A stretch of 64,000 nt of DNA, from the NCBI GenBank assembly GCA_964531275.1, contig CAZHDZ010000005.1, positions 12,545 through 76,544 of the forward strand, given 5' to 3'. The notes beneath the pieces are model-generated. The model did not search any database. It was given only the letters and a program-made list of their open reading frames with translations, and was not told the origin of the DNA. Shown here one piece after another: positions 27,637 through 37,642 of this stretch (the first letter of the stretch is position 1; every line of letters starts with the position of its first letter). This DNA comes from an uncultured Gammaproteobacteria bacterium. Its GTDB lineage: Bacteria > Patescibacteriota > Microgenomatia > Levybacterales > GWA1-39-11. The position numbers and the translations under genes are program-made.

Positions 27637-28806
27637 CTAATTTTTGCCACTTCTCTTAACAAGATAGCCTGTACCAATTGTGGCGGCAACCCCGGCAGCA
27701 AGAACGCTTCCTGCTAATGCAACTTTTCTTGGTGTGATATCAAATCCGTCCATGCTCTTTGCTATAATTCCGCGTTCTCCAAATTCAATGCCCGTGTCAA
27801 TTCCTTTGTCTTCTAAAAATTTATTCATGTCTCGGCCAAAAACTGGATGAGTAACGAGCCTAACTTGTTCTGCGATATATTCATCTATCGTTGTAATAAG
27901 TCGTGGCTCTTGATAGGTATTGGATAGTATTGGTACCTGCGGTGGTTTCATGAATTTTCTTTGTTGTTCAAATAAATCGCGTACCTGTCCTTCAACCGGC
28001 TTCATAACATTCCCATGGAAACCAACGCAAGATGTTGGTACGTCATAAAAATGAATATTGTATCCTTTATATGCATCCTTAAGAAATTGATGAGCCTCTT
28101 TAAGATCTGATGTTTCTCCACCTAAGATAATTCTTCCATCTGAAATGTCTATGGCAAGAGACACAGCATTTTCCCTTTGTAGTGAGTCTCTACGAATGGT
28201 ATCTATTATCTGACGCTCTTCATCTGTAGCTCGGGTTTTTCGATCCCCTACGCTAATTAACATATGCCCGCTGGGGGGATTGTCTTTCATTTGTTGCATA
28301 ATCTCGCCTCTGAGTGCAGCTGTTTCGATTGTGAGCATTACGGCATCTTTAGTGTTGCGTGGCCCGTAAATACCGGCAAACCATGCTGCACTCAGTAGGC
28401 CCGCGCTTTGGCCGGAGACTGCATACGGCGTGTTTTTTAACTCATCTGGGTTTGCGTGTTCGTGCACTAATGCAGAAAAAGTATTTACTGAAGCGATAAT
28501 AGGCTGAGCATATTTTGTCTCTTTAAGGTCATCATTGGTAAGACTTCTCATATCATAGCCAAGAGAAGTTTCAAGACTGTTATAGCCGTTTTCTACCTGT
28601 GCAATTTGACGAAGTGATTTTTCCATTCCTGCCACCTGGGGAGCACCGTGTCCTGCGAAAAAGACAACATAATCTTCAAGGGCTTCTCCTTCTGCATATT
28701 CACCAATAGGGTGTACGAGGGGTCTGTCAGGTGTGCGTGGTATTACGAGCTCAGAGACGATATTAAATGCTCTTGATATTTGACTAGGATCCGATTCCGC
28801 TGCCAT
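27637..28806 (-). CDS. Divergent FabD-like acyltransferase with C-terminal hydrophobic tail
   Basis: FAGHG..Q..GM, AQPII, GQSAG, RGEIMQ, GFHG..M, IEFG. Confidence 0.72.
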   Translation of the reverse strand: MAAESDPSQISRAFNIVSELVIPRTPDRPLVHPIGEYAEGEALEDYVVFFAGHGAPQVAGMEKSLRQIAQVENGYNSLETSLGYDMRSLTNDDLKETKYAQPIIASVNTFSALVHEHANPDELKNTPYAVSGQSAGLLSAAWFAGIYGPRNTKDAVMLTIETAALRGEIMQQMKDNPPSGHMLISVGDRKTRATDEERQIIDTIRRDSLQRENAVSLAIDISDGRIILGGETSDLKEAHQFLKDAYKGYNIHFYDVPTSCVGFHGNVMKPVEGQVRDLFEQQRKFMKPPQVPILSNTYQEPRLITTIDEYIAEQVRLVTHPVFGRDMNKFLEDKGIDTGIEFGERGIIAKSMDGFDITPRKVALAGSVLAAGVAATIGTGYLVKRSGKN

Positions 28807-28880
28807 TAGGCACATTGTACATAATGATTACAGGGGTAACAAGATGCATAGAGTATTTTTGATAGAATACAAGTATTCAT

Positions 28881-29363
28881 ATGAAGAAATATAAAGTAGG
28901 ACTCGTAATCGGCAGATTTCAGCCATTTCACAATGGACATGTGTACCTTTTTGAAAAAGCATTCGATCAATGCGAAAGAATAATTATTGGTGTAGGGAGT
29001 GCTAATAGAAAGAATAAAAATAATCCTTGGTCTGCACATGAACGAAGGCTAATGCTTGAAAAATTTATTAATAAAAGTGGTTACGGTGATAGAGTTCTTA
29101 AAATAGTAAATTTAGATGATAATCCTGATGATGACATATGGTTCGAAAACCTTTTTAAAAAAACTGGGCCATTCAATGTCACGCTAGGTAACAACGAGTG
29201 GAATAACGAAATTATAAAAAGACATGGGATTGATGTGATATACACAGGTCTTCACAATAGAGAGGAACTGGAAGGGTATAAGATAAGGGCGCTTATGTTG
29301 TCTAAAAAAAATTGGAAAAATAGGGTGCCTCAATATTTGGTTAGTTTGATCCGCGCTTTGTAG
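28881..29363 (+). CDS. Nicotinamide-nucleotide adenylyltransferase-like protein
   Basis: GRFQPFHNGH, IIGVGSA, NPWSAHER. Confidence 0.88.
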   Translation: MKKYKVGLVIGRFQPFHNGHVYLFEKAFDQCERIIIGVGSANRKNKNNPWSAHERRLMLEKFINKSGYGDRVLKIVNLDDNPDDDIWFENLFKKTGPFNVTLGNNEWNNEIIKRHGIDVIYTGLHNREELEGYKIRALMLSKKNWKNRVPQYLVSLIRAL

Positions 29364-29385
29364 AGTTATTTGATACCATTAGATA

Positions 29386-30045
29386 GTGGTTATTTTATTT
29401 TTCTTAGAACTTATCGTTCTCTTCTTTATGTCGCGCCAGTTGACCTCAGAGCTGTCATTACTTTTTTACAAAGTATTTAAAAATCAAAAAATCGCTATTT
29501 GGTTGATGGCTATGCTTTTTTTGCCGGGGACAGTTATTCATGAATTCTCTCATGCATTAATGGCAAAAGTGCTCTTTGTATACGTAGGGAAGATGAGCCT
29601 TTTTCCTCAATTAAATGGAAATAGTCTGAAGTTGGGAAGTGTTGAAGTTGGGAAGACAGATATCATTAGGAATTTTTTAATAGGTATTGCACCATTTATT
29701 ATAGGAACGACCTTGCTATTGTCGGTTCTTTTTTACTTTTTTATAAATCAATTATTTGGATTCAATCTCTATACAGTTTTGGTTCTTACTTTTACTTTTA
29801 TGATGGCAAACACAATGTATTCATCAAAAAAAGATATGGAAGGAGCAATTGAATTCATCCTATTAATAGTTGCTCCAATTATTGTTCTATATTTTGTAGG
29901 AGTTAGAATTCCAGGATTAACGTGGGATTTATTAAGCGGCCAAAATTTACAAGATTTTTTTACGACTGCATGTATTCTTCTTGGGATACCATTAATTCTT
30001 GATTTGGCAATCGTGGTTTTTGGGAGAGTAGCTATTAAAAGATAG
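29386..30045 (+). CDS. M50-like membrane metalloprotease
   Basis: PGTVIHEFSH, IGIAP, multiple TMs. Confidence 0.75.
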   Translation: MVILFFLELIVLFFMSRQLTSELSLLFYKVFKNQKIAIWLMAMLFLPGTVIHEFSHALMAKVLFVYVGKMSLFPQLNGNSLKLGSVEVGKTDIIRNFLIGIAPFIIGTTLLLSVLFYFFINQLFGFNLYTVLVLTFTFMMANTMYSSKKDMEGAIEFILLIVAPIIVLYFVGVRIPGLTWDLLSGQNLQDFFTTACILLGIPLILDLAIVVFGRVAIKR

Positions 30046-30079
30046 CCTTGAAATAATAGATTCCTGCTCATACAATTCA

Positions 30080-30475
30080 TTGATGATAATAGAAGTAGAT
30101 TGTCTTAGATGGAATCCTAATAATAGTAAATGGAAATCGCTTGGAAGTGCGTATGTCCCGGAGCGTCAAGATCTAACAGTAGATCATTTGGAAGATTCAC
30201 CGATCAGCGTGATAAATTCTTTTGGGGGAACATATGGCAATATCGATTTATCTAAAAGTAGAAATCAGGTTCACAGTTGGGTCTGGGAGAATGAAGTGTG
30301 GAAAATGAATTATGCAAGCAATGTCTTGCTTCTTGAGGAAGGTAAGCCGATATGGATAGGCAAGGGAAATTTAGCTATTAGCACCTCGCTTTTGAAGATT
30401 CCCGTCGAGTGGGACCCTAAAATAATTGATGAGATTAATGATTTTCTATATCCGTCTAACTCAGGTAGAATTTAA
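30080..30475 (+). CDS. Hypothetical protein
   Basis: 131-aa ORF filling the gap; no motif recognised. Confidence 0.5.
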   Translation: MMIIEVDCLRWNPNNSKWKSLGSAYVPERQDLTVDHLEDSPISVINSFGGTYGNIDLSKSRNQVHSWVWENEVWKMNYASNVLLLEEGKPIWIGKGNLAISTSLLKIPVEWDPKIIDEINDFLYPSNSGRI

Positions 30476-31950
30476 ATTTCTCCAACGCCGTCGAGTAGTG
30501 AGTCTTCCCATCTAGCAACTTTTTGGTCAGGTAGAATAATCGCTTTGGTAGGCATGAGCTCTTTTATAAAATCCTCAGTGTGACTAACTATAAGTATTGT
30601 TCCTTTATACTTCTTAATTGCTTCAAGAATAATTCTTTGAGACATTACGTCAAGATAGGTCGTAGGCTCGTCGAGAATGAGCATGTTAAAGTTATCAAGG
30701 AGAAGTAGTGCAATTGAGAGTCTTGTTTTTTCTCCTCCTGAAAGAGAGCCAACGCGCTGGTAGACTTTGTCTCCAGTAAATAAGAAGGCTGCCAGATGCG
30801 CACGAATTTTCTCTTCCGGAAAAGCTTTGTAAAAAGCGACGGTTTCGAGCAGATTCTTGGTAAAATCAAGTGCTTCTAATTCCTGAGAGTAATATCCGAT
30901 TTTTAGATTTTGTCCCTTAATTATTTCGCCATTATCAGGTTCTACTTCTCCCATGATCATTTTTATAAATGTGCTTTTCCCTGCACCATTTCTACCAATA
31001 AGAGCAACCTTGTCGCCTTTTCCTATAGTTGTAGTAAAGTCCTCAAGGATAACAAGATCATCAAAGGCTTTTGTCACATCTGCAATTCTTACCGGGATAT
31101 CGCTGATTGGGTGTGGTTCTGGAAGATTTAGTCTAAATCCTCTTGCTTCCTTAGGAAGTGGAGGGAGGCTATCTTTTATTCTTTCGATTCTTTTTTGTAG
31201 TTGCACACGTTGTCTTACTCCTTTTTCAGACTTTCTTCCCATCAGTCCTACAAGGCTTTTTTCCATTCTTTTAACATGCTTTGTAGTATTTACGATTTGA
31301 CGAGTTAGCAGGGCATCATGTTGTGCCTTTAATTTCAAATATTGGGAGTATGTTCCCTTGTATTCTTCAATTTTTGCTTTTAATGGATCTATAGTCATTA
31401 CTTTATCTATTGCCGAATCGAGAAGATCTAGGTCGTGACTAATAAGTAACAATGTTTTTGGATACGATGAAAGAAATTTTGCAACCCATGCTTTTCCCTT
31501 GGTGTCTAAAAAGTTAGTTGGCTCATCAAGGAGTAATATATCTGGTTCTAGAAGAAGGGCGCGGATAATTGCAAGTTTTGTTTTTTGACCACCAGATAGG
31601 TTGTGAGGTTCTGAGTATAGGTCGATATCGTTCATTTCAAGACCATGGATCATTGATAATATTTCTCGATCTTCTCTAACGTAATACTCGTCAAGATACT
31701 CACGAATTGTATTTGCCTTTTCAAGAACGGGGTCGTATTTAATTTCTTGTGGGACAAGAACAATTGAGCCATCGATTACTATCTCTCCTTCTCTGGGATG
31801 TTCTTCGCGCATTAAAAGCTTGAAGAGTGTGGATTTTCCAGCACCATTCGGTCCTGCAATTCCCACAATTTGTCCTTCTCCAATAGTAAAACTTACTTCT
31901 GTAAAAATTGGTCGAAGATGTGCAAAAGAGATATTTTTAGCCTGAATCAT
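30472..31950 (-). CDS. ABC-F family ATPase
   Basis: Two GxNGAGKST, LSGG and DEPT sets, no TM. Confidence 0.93.
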   Translation of the reverse strand: MIQAKNISFAHLRPIFTEVSFTIGEGQIVGIAGPNGAGKSTLFKLLMREEHPREGEIVIDGSIVLVPQEIKYDPVLEKANTIREYLDEYYVREDREILSMIHGLEMNDIDLYSEPHNLSGGQKTKLAIIRALLLEPDILLLDEPTNFLDTKGKAWVAKFLSSYPKTLLLISHDLDLLDSAIDKVMTIDPLKAKIEEYKGTYSQYLKLKAQHDALLTRQIVNTTKHVKRMEKSLVGLMGRKSEKGVRQRVQLQKRIERIKDSLPPLPKEARGFRLNLPEPHPISDIPVRIADVTKAFDDLVILEDFTTTIGKGDKVALIGRNGAGKSTFIKMIMGEVEPDNGEIIKGQNLKIGYYSQELEALDFTKNLLETVAFYKAFPEEKIRAHLAAFLFTGDKVYQRVGSLSGGEKTRLSIALLLLDNFNMLILDEPTTYLDVMSQRIILEAIKKYKGTILIVSHTEDFIKELMPTKAIILPDQKVARWEDSLLDGVGEI

Positions 31951-32003
31951 ATCCTATATTATACATGATCCAAGTGAATTACGGGAGGAGATGTATTATT
32001 AAA

Positions 32004-32420
32004 TTAAAAAACGTGGATATTGTCGGTTTTTGTTTCGGAAGTATTATCGATGTATTCGAAGGTTGCTTGTATCTTAACGTTTCTGATATTTTGGTGCTTT
32101 ATGCAAACACTTCCTGAGCATGTTCCAAGAAAGAATTCTTTTGAAATATTATGCTTTCCATTTGGATTGAATGATCCGGATATTCCTTGAGGAATTCCAT
32201 TTGCATCATAAGTGAGAACATAGCTTACATTCTTAACCCATAGAAGAGGAGCGAAATGAACTTTTACAATTGCCTTTTTAGCAATTCCCATTCCAAAAAC
32301 TCCTGCTACATGAGGAATACGAAAATGAGATGGAAAGTTAGGTGTTGCAGCTTGTGTGGATGGTGTGAATGGAATAGCGAGTGCGACAACGAGTAATAGT
32401 GCAAATAGGAGTTTTTTCAT
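32004..32420 (-). CDS. Secreted hypothetical protein
   Basis: Signal peptide; FLGTCSGSVCIKH. Confidence 0.7.
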   Translation of the reverse strand: MKKLLFALLLVVALAIPFTPSTQAATPNFPSHFRIPHVAGVFGMGIAKKAIVKVHFAPLLWVKNVSYVLTYDANGIPQGISGSFNPNGKHNISKEFFLGTCSGSVCIKHQNIRNVKIQATFEYIDNTSETKTDNIHVF

Positions 32421-32511
32421 CTGTGTTGAGGATACATAAAATTTACAGAGGTGTCAATTGCGTGGAGGGAGAAAGAGGAACTATGGGTTATCACTCAATC
32501 CCGAAACAATT

Positions 32512-33771
32512 TTATTCAAGTAGATCGAGAATGAGAGTAGACCAGCCGAAGTTTTTACGCCTATATCCTTCTCCTGTTTCCGGATTGTAGTATTCTCTAA
32601 ATCCTTCGCGATCAATCATCTCAGACATTTTATCAACTGCTTCTTTTGCGAGTTTTTTGTAGCCATGCTTTTGTAGTCCCTTAATAACAAACCAATTGGT
32701 TGCAAGCCATGTTGGACCGCGCCATAGAAGTTTTGCTTGATGAAATGGAGTGTCACCAGGTACATAATATTTTTCGTCGCGACTGACGCTTGGGAAGGGA
32801 TAAGAAGTCCAGAACTCATCTGGATTATGTAAGTGGTCTTCTACTAAAGTTTTTAGTTTTGATCCCTTTAGTCCCTGGAGGAATAATGGGGCAAGAGAAG
32901 CAACCGTTTTAACTTTCGCATGTTTTTCTTCTTCTTTATAAAGTGAATAAAATATCTTGTCCTGATCATTCCAACATTTTGAAATAATTGATTCTTCAGT
33001 CTTATTTGCGATCATATTGAAGAATACGGATTCTGGTTCGTTGTCGATCTCTTTAAAAAGCCGAGAAAGAGCTCGTGCGCTTTCAGCAAAAATTGTATTA
33101 AAAAGTAATTCTTCTACATTAAAATAGTCTTTCTCAAGAATTTTTTTACTGTCGAATCTAAATCTTTGGTTAAGGATGTCTGCTCTTCTAAATGCATAAT
33201 GTAAATGAGCAGTTTCAAGCCCTGTATATCCTACAGCATATTGAAAAACTGGTAACTCATCCATACCGCTTTCATTGGGGGAAATTATTGAAATTAAATA
33301 ATCTTGATCTACATCCCGATTTTCTAAAAGCCATCTGTGATTTTTGGCAAGCGCAGGAAGAACTTCTTTTAAAAATTCGCGATCCTTGTCTTTTTGAAAG
33401 ATTTTTTCAACAGATATGGGAAAAATTGGAGGCTGGGTTATTGAGGTCGTTCTTGGGCGCAATGAGATCGCACTCTCAATATATGCCCAGTGCGGCAACA
33501 TTCTTTTTTTACCCCAAAAAATTATATGTGGAATAAATCCACTAGCAGACTGAGCTTTGAGAAAGTTTCGTATCTCATTTTTTGCTCGTATGGTATCAAA
33601 GTGAGAAAGCACAATAGCATGAAATCCTGTGTCCCAATACCACTGAAATACATATTCTTGATTGGCCGGAGCTATGAACTTATAGTCAGTATCCTTCCAT
33701 TCTGAATAACCAGAAAGAGTATTTAAGTCGAAAATTCTTTGGGCCTCTGAAATTACATCAGCTTTTTTCAT
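32512..33771 (-). CDS. GH63/MGH1-like (trehalase-like) glycoside hydrolase
   Basis: QWYWDTGFH, TQPP, ESGMD, WRGPTW, FREYYNP, FGWS. Confidence 0.88.
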   Translation of the reverse strand: MKKADVISEAQRIFDLNTLSGYSEWKDTDYKFIAPANQEYVFQWYWDTGFHAIVLSHFDTIRAKNEIRNFLKAQSASGFIPHIIFWGKKRMLPHWAYIESAISLRPRTTSITQPPIFPISVEKIFQKDKDREFLKEVLPALAKNHRWLLENRDVDQDYLISIISPNESGMDELPVFQYAVGYTGLETAHLHYAFRRADILNQRFRFDSKKILEKDYFNVEELLFNTIFAESARALSRLFKEIDNEPESVFFNMIANKTEESIISKCWNDQDKIFYSLYKEEEKHAKVKTVASLAPLFLQGLKGSKLKTLVEDHLHNPDEFWTSYPFPSVSRDEKYYVPGDTPFHQAKLLWRGPTWLATNWFVIKGLQKHGYKKLAKEAVDKMSEMIDREGFREYYNPETGEGYRRKNFGWSTLILDLLE

Positions 33772-33823
33772 ACATTTTTGAGGGAGTATCTAATTTATAT
33801 AAATTCAGTGTGTATGTACGGAA

Positions 33824-34360
33824 TTATCCGTTAGGATCTGGTGGGAGGAACTCTTCGCCACCGTGGTCTTCTGATTTTGTATATTCTCCAGCCTTGAGCC
33901 ATTCTACATAGGTGCATCCGGTTGCTTTGCGTGCCTTAGAGTCCCAACCGCTTGTAGAGCATTTTTTCATTTTCTTGCCAGCAGCTGTTGTGTAAAGAAC
34001 GAGCTTGTTGCCACAAGTAGGACAATCTTCATCGAGTTGTTCTGTGGTACCGTTGATCCATTCTACGAAATCACAACCCGAGGATTGCTTGGTATCCTTA
34101 TCCCATTTATTCGTAGAGCATTTTTTCATTTTCTTTCCAAATCTTGTTACTACAAGCGTCAGGGGGGAGCCACATTTTGGGCATGCTTCATCAAGCTTCT
34201 CAGGTTCTACTTCCAACCATTTTACAAAGTCGCACCCAACATTCTTTCTGGTTTCTTTATCCCATGAGCCATTTGTGCAGCGTTGTAGCTTTCTTCCTGT
34301 AGGGGTTGTTGTTATTTCTCCGAGTGGGCTTCCACACTTAGGACACATTTCATCTGACAT
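33824..34360 (-). CDS. Stand-alone topoisomerase-type C4 zinc-ribbon repeat protein
   Basis: Three CPxCG...C...W......GC..VEW repeats. Confidence 0.8.
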   Translation of the reverse strand: MSDEMCPKCGSPLGEITTTPTGRKLQRCTNGSWDKETRKNVGCDFVKWLEVEPEKLDEACPKCGSPLTLVVTRFGKKMKKCSTNKWDKDTKQSSGCDFVEWINGTTEQLDEDCPTCGNKLVLYTTAAGKKMKKCSTSGWDSKARKATGCTYVEWLKAGEYTKSEDHGGEEFLPPDPNG

Positions 34361-34405
34361 GGGATTTATGGTACGTATTTTATCTAAAGAAGTCAATAAG
34401 GGATA

Positions 34406-35026
34406 TTAAAATCCTAAATCTTCTGTAACGAAGATAACGCGTATTCTGTTGGGGTTAAGCTCTGCGTTAAAAATTAATATTTTCCTTGGATTGCTTCCTG
34501 CTTCTGGTCCATAAACTTCTTTCATTCTTGCGTCTTCTAGAGGAAGTATGTGCTTGTAAATTCTTTCCATGCCCTCATCTATATTTTTAACAATTTTTTT
34601 CGTAGAGACAACCCATACGACATGAGGTGCCCCATATGAATACCCAGGAAGTTGACTTCCAGAGCCAGAAGCAACAATAACTTTTCCATCTCTTGTTATG
34701 GCATGGACACTCCCAATCATATATTCGGGAGCCGCTCCGATTTTTTGCATCTGCAGACCATCCTTTTCGCGATTCAGCTTTTTTAGTTGTGATTTAACTG
34801 AATTATAGCCACCAGAATCATTTAGAAGAGTGTCGAGACCAATTTTTTCAAGTGTTTTTGAAGTTGCTGTCATGACCTCCGCACCTTTTGGAATTAGTTC
34901 AAGTGCCATTTCTTTGGCTTCTGAAGCATTTTTGGCTACCTCGGCTGTTATTCCATTTTGAGAAAGGGCAATAATGGTTGCTTGTAAGTCTTCCGAAGAG
35001 GCAAGTGTTGTGAATTTGTTTTTCAT
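34406..35026 (-). CDS. LUD (lactate utilization) domain protein
   Basis: SVHAITRDG, SGSGSQ, KIVKN, EDLGF. Confidence 0.85.
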   Translation of the reverse strand: MKNKFTTLASSEDLQATIIALSQNGITAEVAKNASEAKEMALELIPKGAEVMTATSKTLEKIGLDTLLNDSGGYNSVKSQLKKLNREKDGLQMQKIGAAPEYMIGSVHAITRDGKVIVASGSGSQLPGYSYGAPHVVWVVSTKKIVKNIDEGMERIYKHILPLEDARMKEVYGPEAGSNPRKILIFNAELNPNRIRVIFVTEDLGF

Positions 35027-35166
35027 GTATTAAAGTACTATACTCACTAGGTTATTAATCAACAAGTACATACAATTACGTGGTATACTACCAAAAAGGA
35101 TACTAAGTATTTATTCAGCTTGATTTAAGCCTTTTTTGCAATAATGACTTGGTATTAAAAAAAAGT

Positions 35167-35201
35167 CTTGGCTACGCTAAGCAGAGCTTGGCTACGCTAA
35201 G
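35167..35201. repeat. Tandem 15-mer CTTGGCTACGCTAAG
   Basis: Copies at 35167-35181 and 35187-35201; reverse complement occurs at 45651 and 45776. Confidence 0.75.
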
Positions 35202-35223
35202 TTACGTTTTTAATAATTCAACT

Positions 35224-35619
35224 ATGACAAAACCTATATCACTGGGGTGCTCTTCAGTAAAAGTGACCTTAGAAGTAATGGGCGGCAAATGGAAACCACT
35301 TATTATGTTTTTACTGGTTGACCAGACCCTTAGGTTCTCAGAACTTCAAAGAAATATTGTTCAGATAACTCAAAAGATGCTCACAGAGCAATTAAGAGAA
35401 CTTGAAAAAGATGGACTAATTTCTAGAAAAGTTTATCCTCAAGTTCCCCCAAAGGTTGAATACTCAATGACTGCATACGGAAGAACTTTATTGCCAGTGT
35501 TAGAAACTATGCATAATTGGGGTCAAACACATAGGAATTCGTTAGAATCCAAAACTGAAAATCTTAAATCAAAATCAGTAAATCCTCAGGTAACTACTCA
35601 CCAAACCACATCTATCTAG
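35224..35619 (+). CDS. HxlR family transcriptional regulator
   Basis: GGKWKPLI, RFSEL, MLTEQLRELE, PPKVEYS. Confidence 0.93.
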   Translation: MTKPISLGCSSVKVTLEVMGGKWKPLIMFLLVDQTLRFSELQRNIVQITQKMLTEQLRELEKDGLISRKVYPQVPPKVEYSMTAYGRTLLPVLETMHNWGQTHRNSLESKTENLKSKSVNPQVTTHQTTSI

Positions 35620-35647
35620 TCACTTTTGATTAGCCCCAAACATTTCC

Positions 35648-35809
35648 TTATTTAACCTTTATTTGTTGGAACGGTATTGTAACAACTGGATCTTGTGGGG
35701 CAACACTTGTAGATTGGGGCTTGTAGCTATTTATAAGAATGAAAGCAATGACTAAAATAAGGCCTACACAAATTATAAGTTGAAGAAGTGAAAATCTGAG
35801 TCCTTTCAT
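35648..35809 (-). CDS. 53-aa single-TM small protein
   Basis: Manual translation MKGLRFSLLQLIICVGLILVIAFILINSYKPQSTSVAPQDPVVTIPFQQIKVK. Confidence 0.5.
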   Translation of the reverse strand: MKGLRFSLLQLIICVGLILVIAFILINSYKPQSTSVAPQDPVVTIPFQQIKVK

Positions 35810-35889
35810 CTCTACTCATTGTAACTCTTTCATTGATTCCTTACTATTCTTTTGTTGTGCTTTCATTATTGAAAGATAAAGTAGACTAT

Positions 35890-36141
35890 ATGAATGTGCA
35901 CAAGATGTCTAAATCTAATCGTCACTACAGTGGGAGAGGCATTAGTGTTTTTGAAAACTTAAGCGATGTGCAGAAATATCTTTCAATTGTAAATTATCCG
36001 GCAACAAAGGAAGAAATATTTAAAAAGGTTGCAAGCCAGGGAGCAAATAGTAATGTAATAACTCTTTTTCAGGTTCTTCCCCCAGACAGAACCTATCACA
36101 CGCCTAAGGATGCTTTAAAAGCATTAGGATTAAATAACTAA
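35890..36141 (+). CDS. DUF2795-like protein
   Basis: VQKYLSIVNYPATKEEI...GA. Confidence 0.75.
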   Translation: MNVHKMSKSNRHYSGRGISVFENLSDVQKYLSIVNYPATKEEIFKKVASQGANSNVITLFQVLPPDRTYHTPKDALKALGLNN

Positions 36142-36154
36142 GAAAGGAGGTTAT

Positions 36155-36355
36155 ATGCCAAAGTATAGTAAAAAGGCCCAAGACAAAATTTCAGATGTTA
36201 TGCATGAATTTGGAGAAGGCAAGTTAAAATCTGGCAATAGCAACAAAAAAGTTACAAGTCGAAAGCAGGCCATTGCTATTGGAATTTCTGAAGCTCGTGA
36301 AAAAGGACTAAAAGTGCCACGTGACACAAAGATTGGAAGACATATATCAGGCTAA
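36155..36355 (+). CDS. DUF6496-like small basic protein
   Basis: VMHEF.EGKLKSG...VTSRKQAIAIGISEAR; SD AAGGAGG. Confidence 0.85.
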   Translation: MPKYSKKAQDKISDVMHEFGEGKLKSGNSNKKVTSRKQAIAIGISEAREKGLKVPRDTKIGRHISG

Positions 36356-36840
36356 ACTTTCAAGAAGTGTCCAACAATAAGACCAATCGATGTTGCAATT
36401 GAACCAATAATAAATAGTTCGATAGCGCTTCTTAGAGGCTTATGCTCAACAAGATAACCTTTCAAATATCCAATCAAGAAAAGTCCAACAAAAGACGACA
36501 TGATGGCTATAATTCTCGCCTCGGGTTGTCTAAATAAAAGCGTTGGGATAATTGAGAACATCCCTCCGATTAAATAGGCGAAAAACATGATAACGGCTCC
36601 GAAAAGCAAACTGTCAGTATGCTTACCTGTTTTGTCCATTTGGTGAACTGCCTTTTCAGAGGTGTATTGACCAGCAGCCATTGAAGTTGCTTCCACCATA
36701 ACTGCAACCAGGGCTGCCAGTACTATAATTGGTTTACTAGATACTCCCGTCGATATACCCACAACAACTCCAGTTGTGGAGACAATTCCATCTTGGAGTC
36801 CAAACATGAGTGAGCGCAGGTAGTCTTCGTGAATTTTCAT
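36352..36840 (-). CDS. VIT1/CCC1 family transporter
   Basis: FGLQDGIVST, SMAAGQYTS. Confidence 0.9.
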   Translation of the reverse strand: MKIHEDYLRSLMFGLQDGIVSTTGVVVGISTGVSSKPIIVLAALVAVMVEATSMAAGQYTSEKAVHQMDKTGKHTDSLLFGAVIMFFAYLIGGMFSIIPTLLFRQPEARIIAIMSSFVGLFLIGYLKGYLVEHKPLRSAIELFIIGSIATSIGLIVGHFLKV

Positions 36841-36902
36841 ATAAGTAGTATATCTCTTATCTCTTGTTTTTAAAACTGTGTCTGATACTATCAATTTAAT
36901 AA

Positions 36903-37640
36903 ATGCCTAAAGAAAAGAACGCAGGTATATTTATTTCAGGCGATGGAACCACAATGGAGTCCGGACCTCTTGCGGCTCGGAAGGTAAATAGGTTAGGTGT
37001 TAATATTCCAGTAGTCATTTCTAGTAATCCTGACGCTCGTGGTTTAGGCCGAGCAAGAGCTCACAAAATTCAGACAGAGATAGTTGACCCGAGAGACTTC
37101 CGAATCGATGGAAAATTTAGCCTAGATAGTCAAGCGGCTTATGAAGAAAGGATAAACGAAATTTCTGACAATTATGAGCTTGATATGGCAATACTTATGG
37201 GGTGGAAAGCAAAATTATCTGATAGGGTAATTGGACATATACCTTTTGTGATGGGTACTCATCCAGGGCCATTGCCTGAAACTGCGAAGGGATTTGGAAT
37301 AGTGCCATATGAAACAATGCGTCAATTTACACAACTTACCGGTCGAAACAATGGGACCGAGGTAGTTGTGCAGAGACTATATCCAGGTAGAGGATGGGAC
37401 GAAGGTCCGATCTTGGGATCAAGAAGGGTTCCAATTCTGGGGAATGATACTGGACTTAGCCTGCAGGCAAGGGGAAAATTAAGCGAAGGACCATTGGTTA
37501 ATGAAGTAATCGGAGATTTATTAGCAAATCGTCTTACAGAGCAAGGACAGGTTTTTAAATACATGCAGCCCGGAGAAGAAGTCTTATTAGCTCAAGCGGA
37601 CCAAAACGCACGGGTATACGCCAAACAAATTGGCGGTTAA
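36903..37640 (+). CDS. purN: PurN-like formyltransferase (divergent)
   Basis: ISGDGTT, VISSNPDA, HPGPLP, DEGPI. Confidence 0.72.
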   Translation: MPKEKNAGIFISGDGTTMESGPLAARKVNRLGVNIPVVISSNPDARGLGRARAHKIQTEIVDPRDFRIDGKFSLDSQAAYEERINEISDNYELDMAILMGWKAKLSDRVIGHIPFVMGTHPGPLPETAKGFGIVPYETMRQFTQLTGRNNGTEVVVQRLYPGRGWDEGPILGSRRVPILGNDTGLSLQARGKLSEGPLVNEVIGDLLANRLTEQGQVFKYMQPGEEVLLAQADQNARVYAKQIGG

Positions 37641-37642
37641 AT

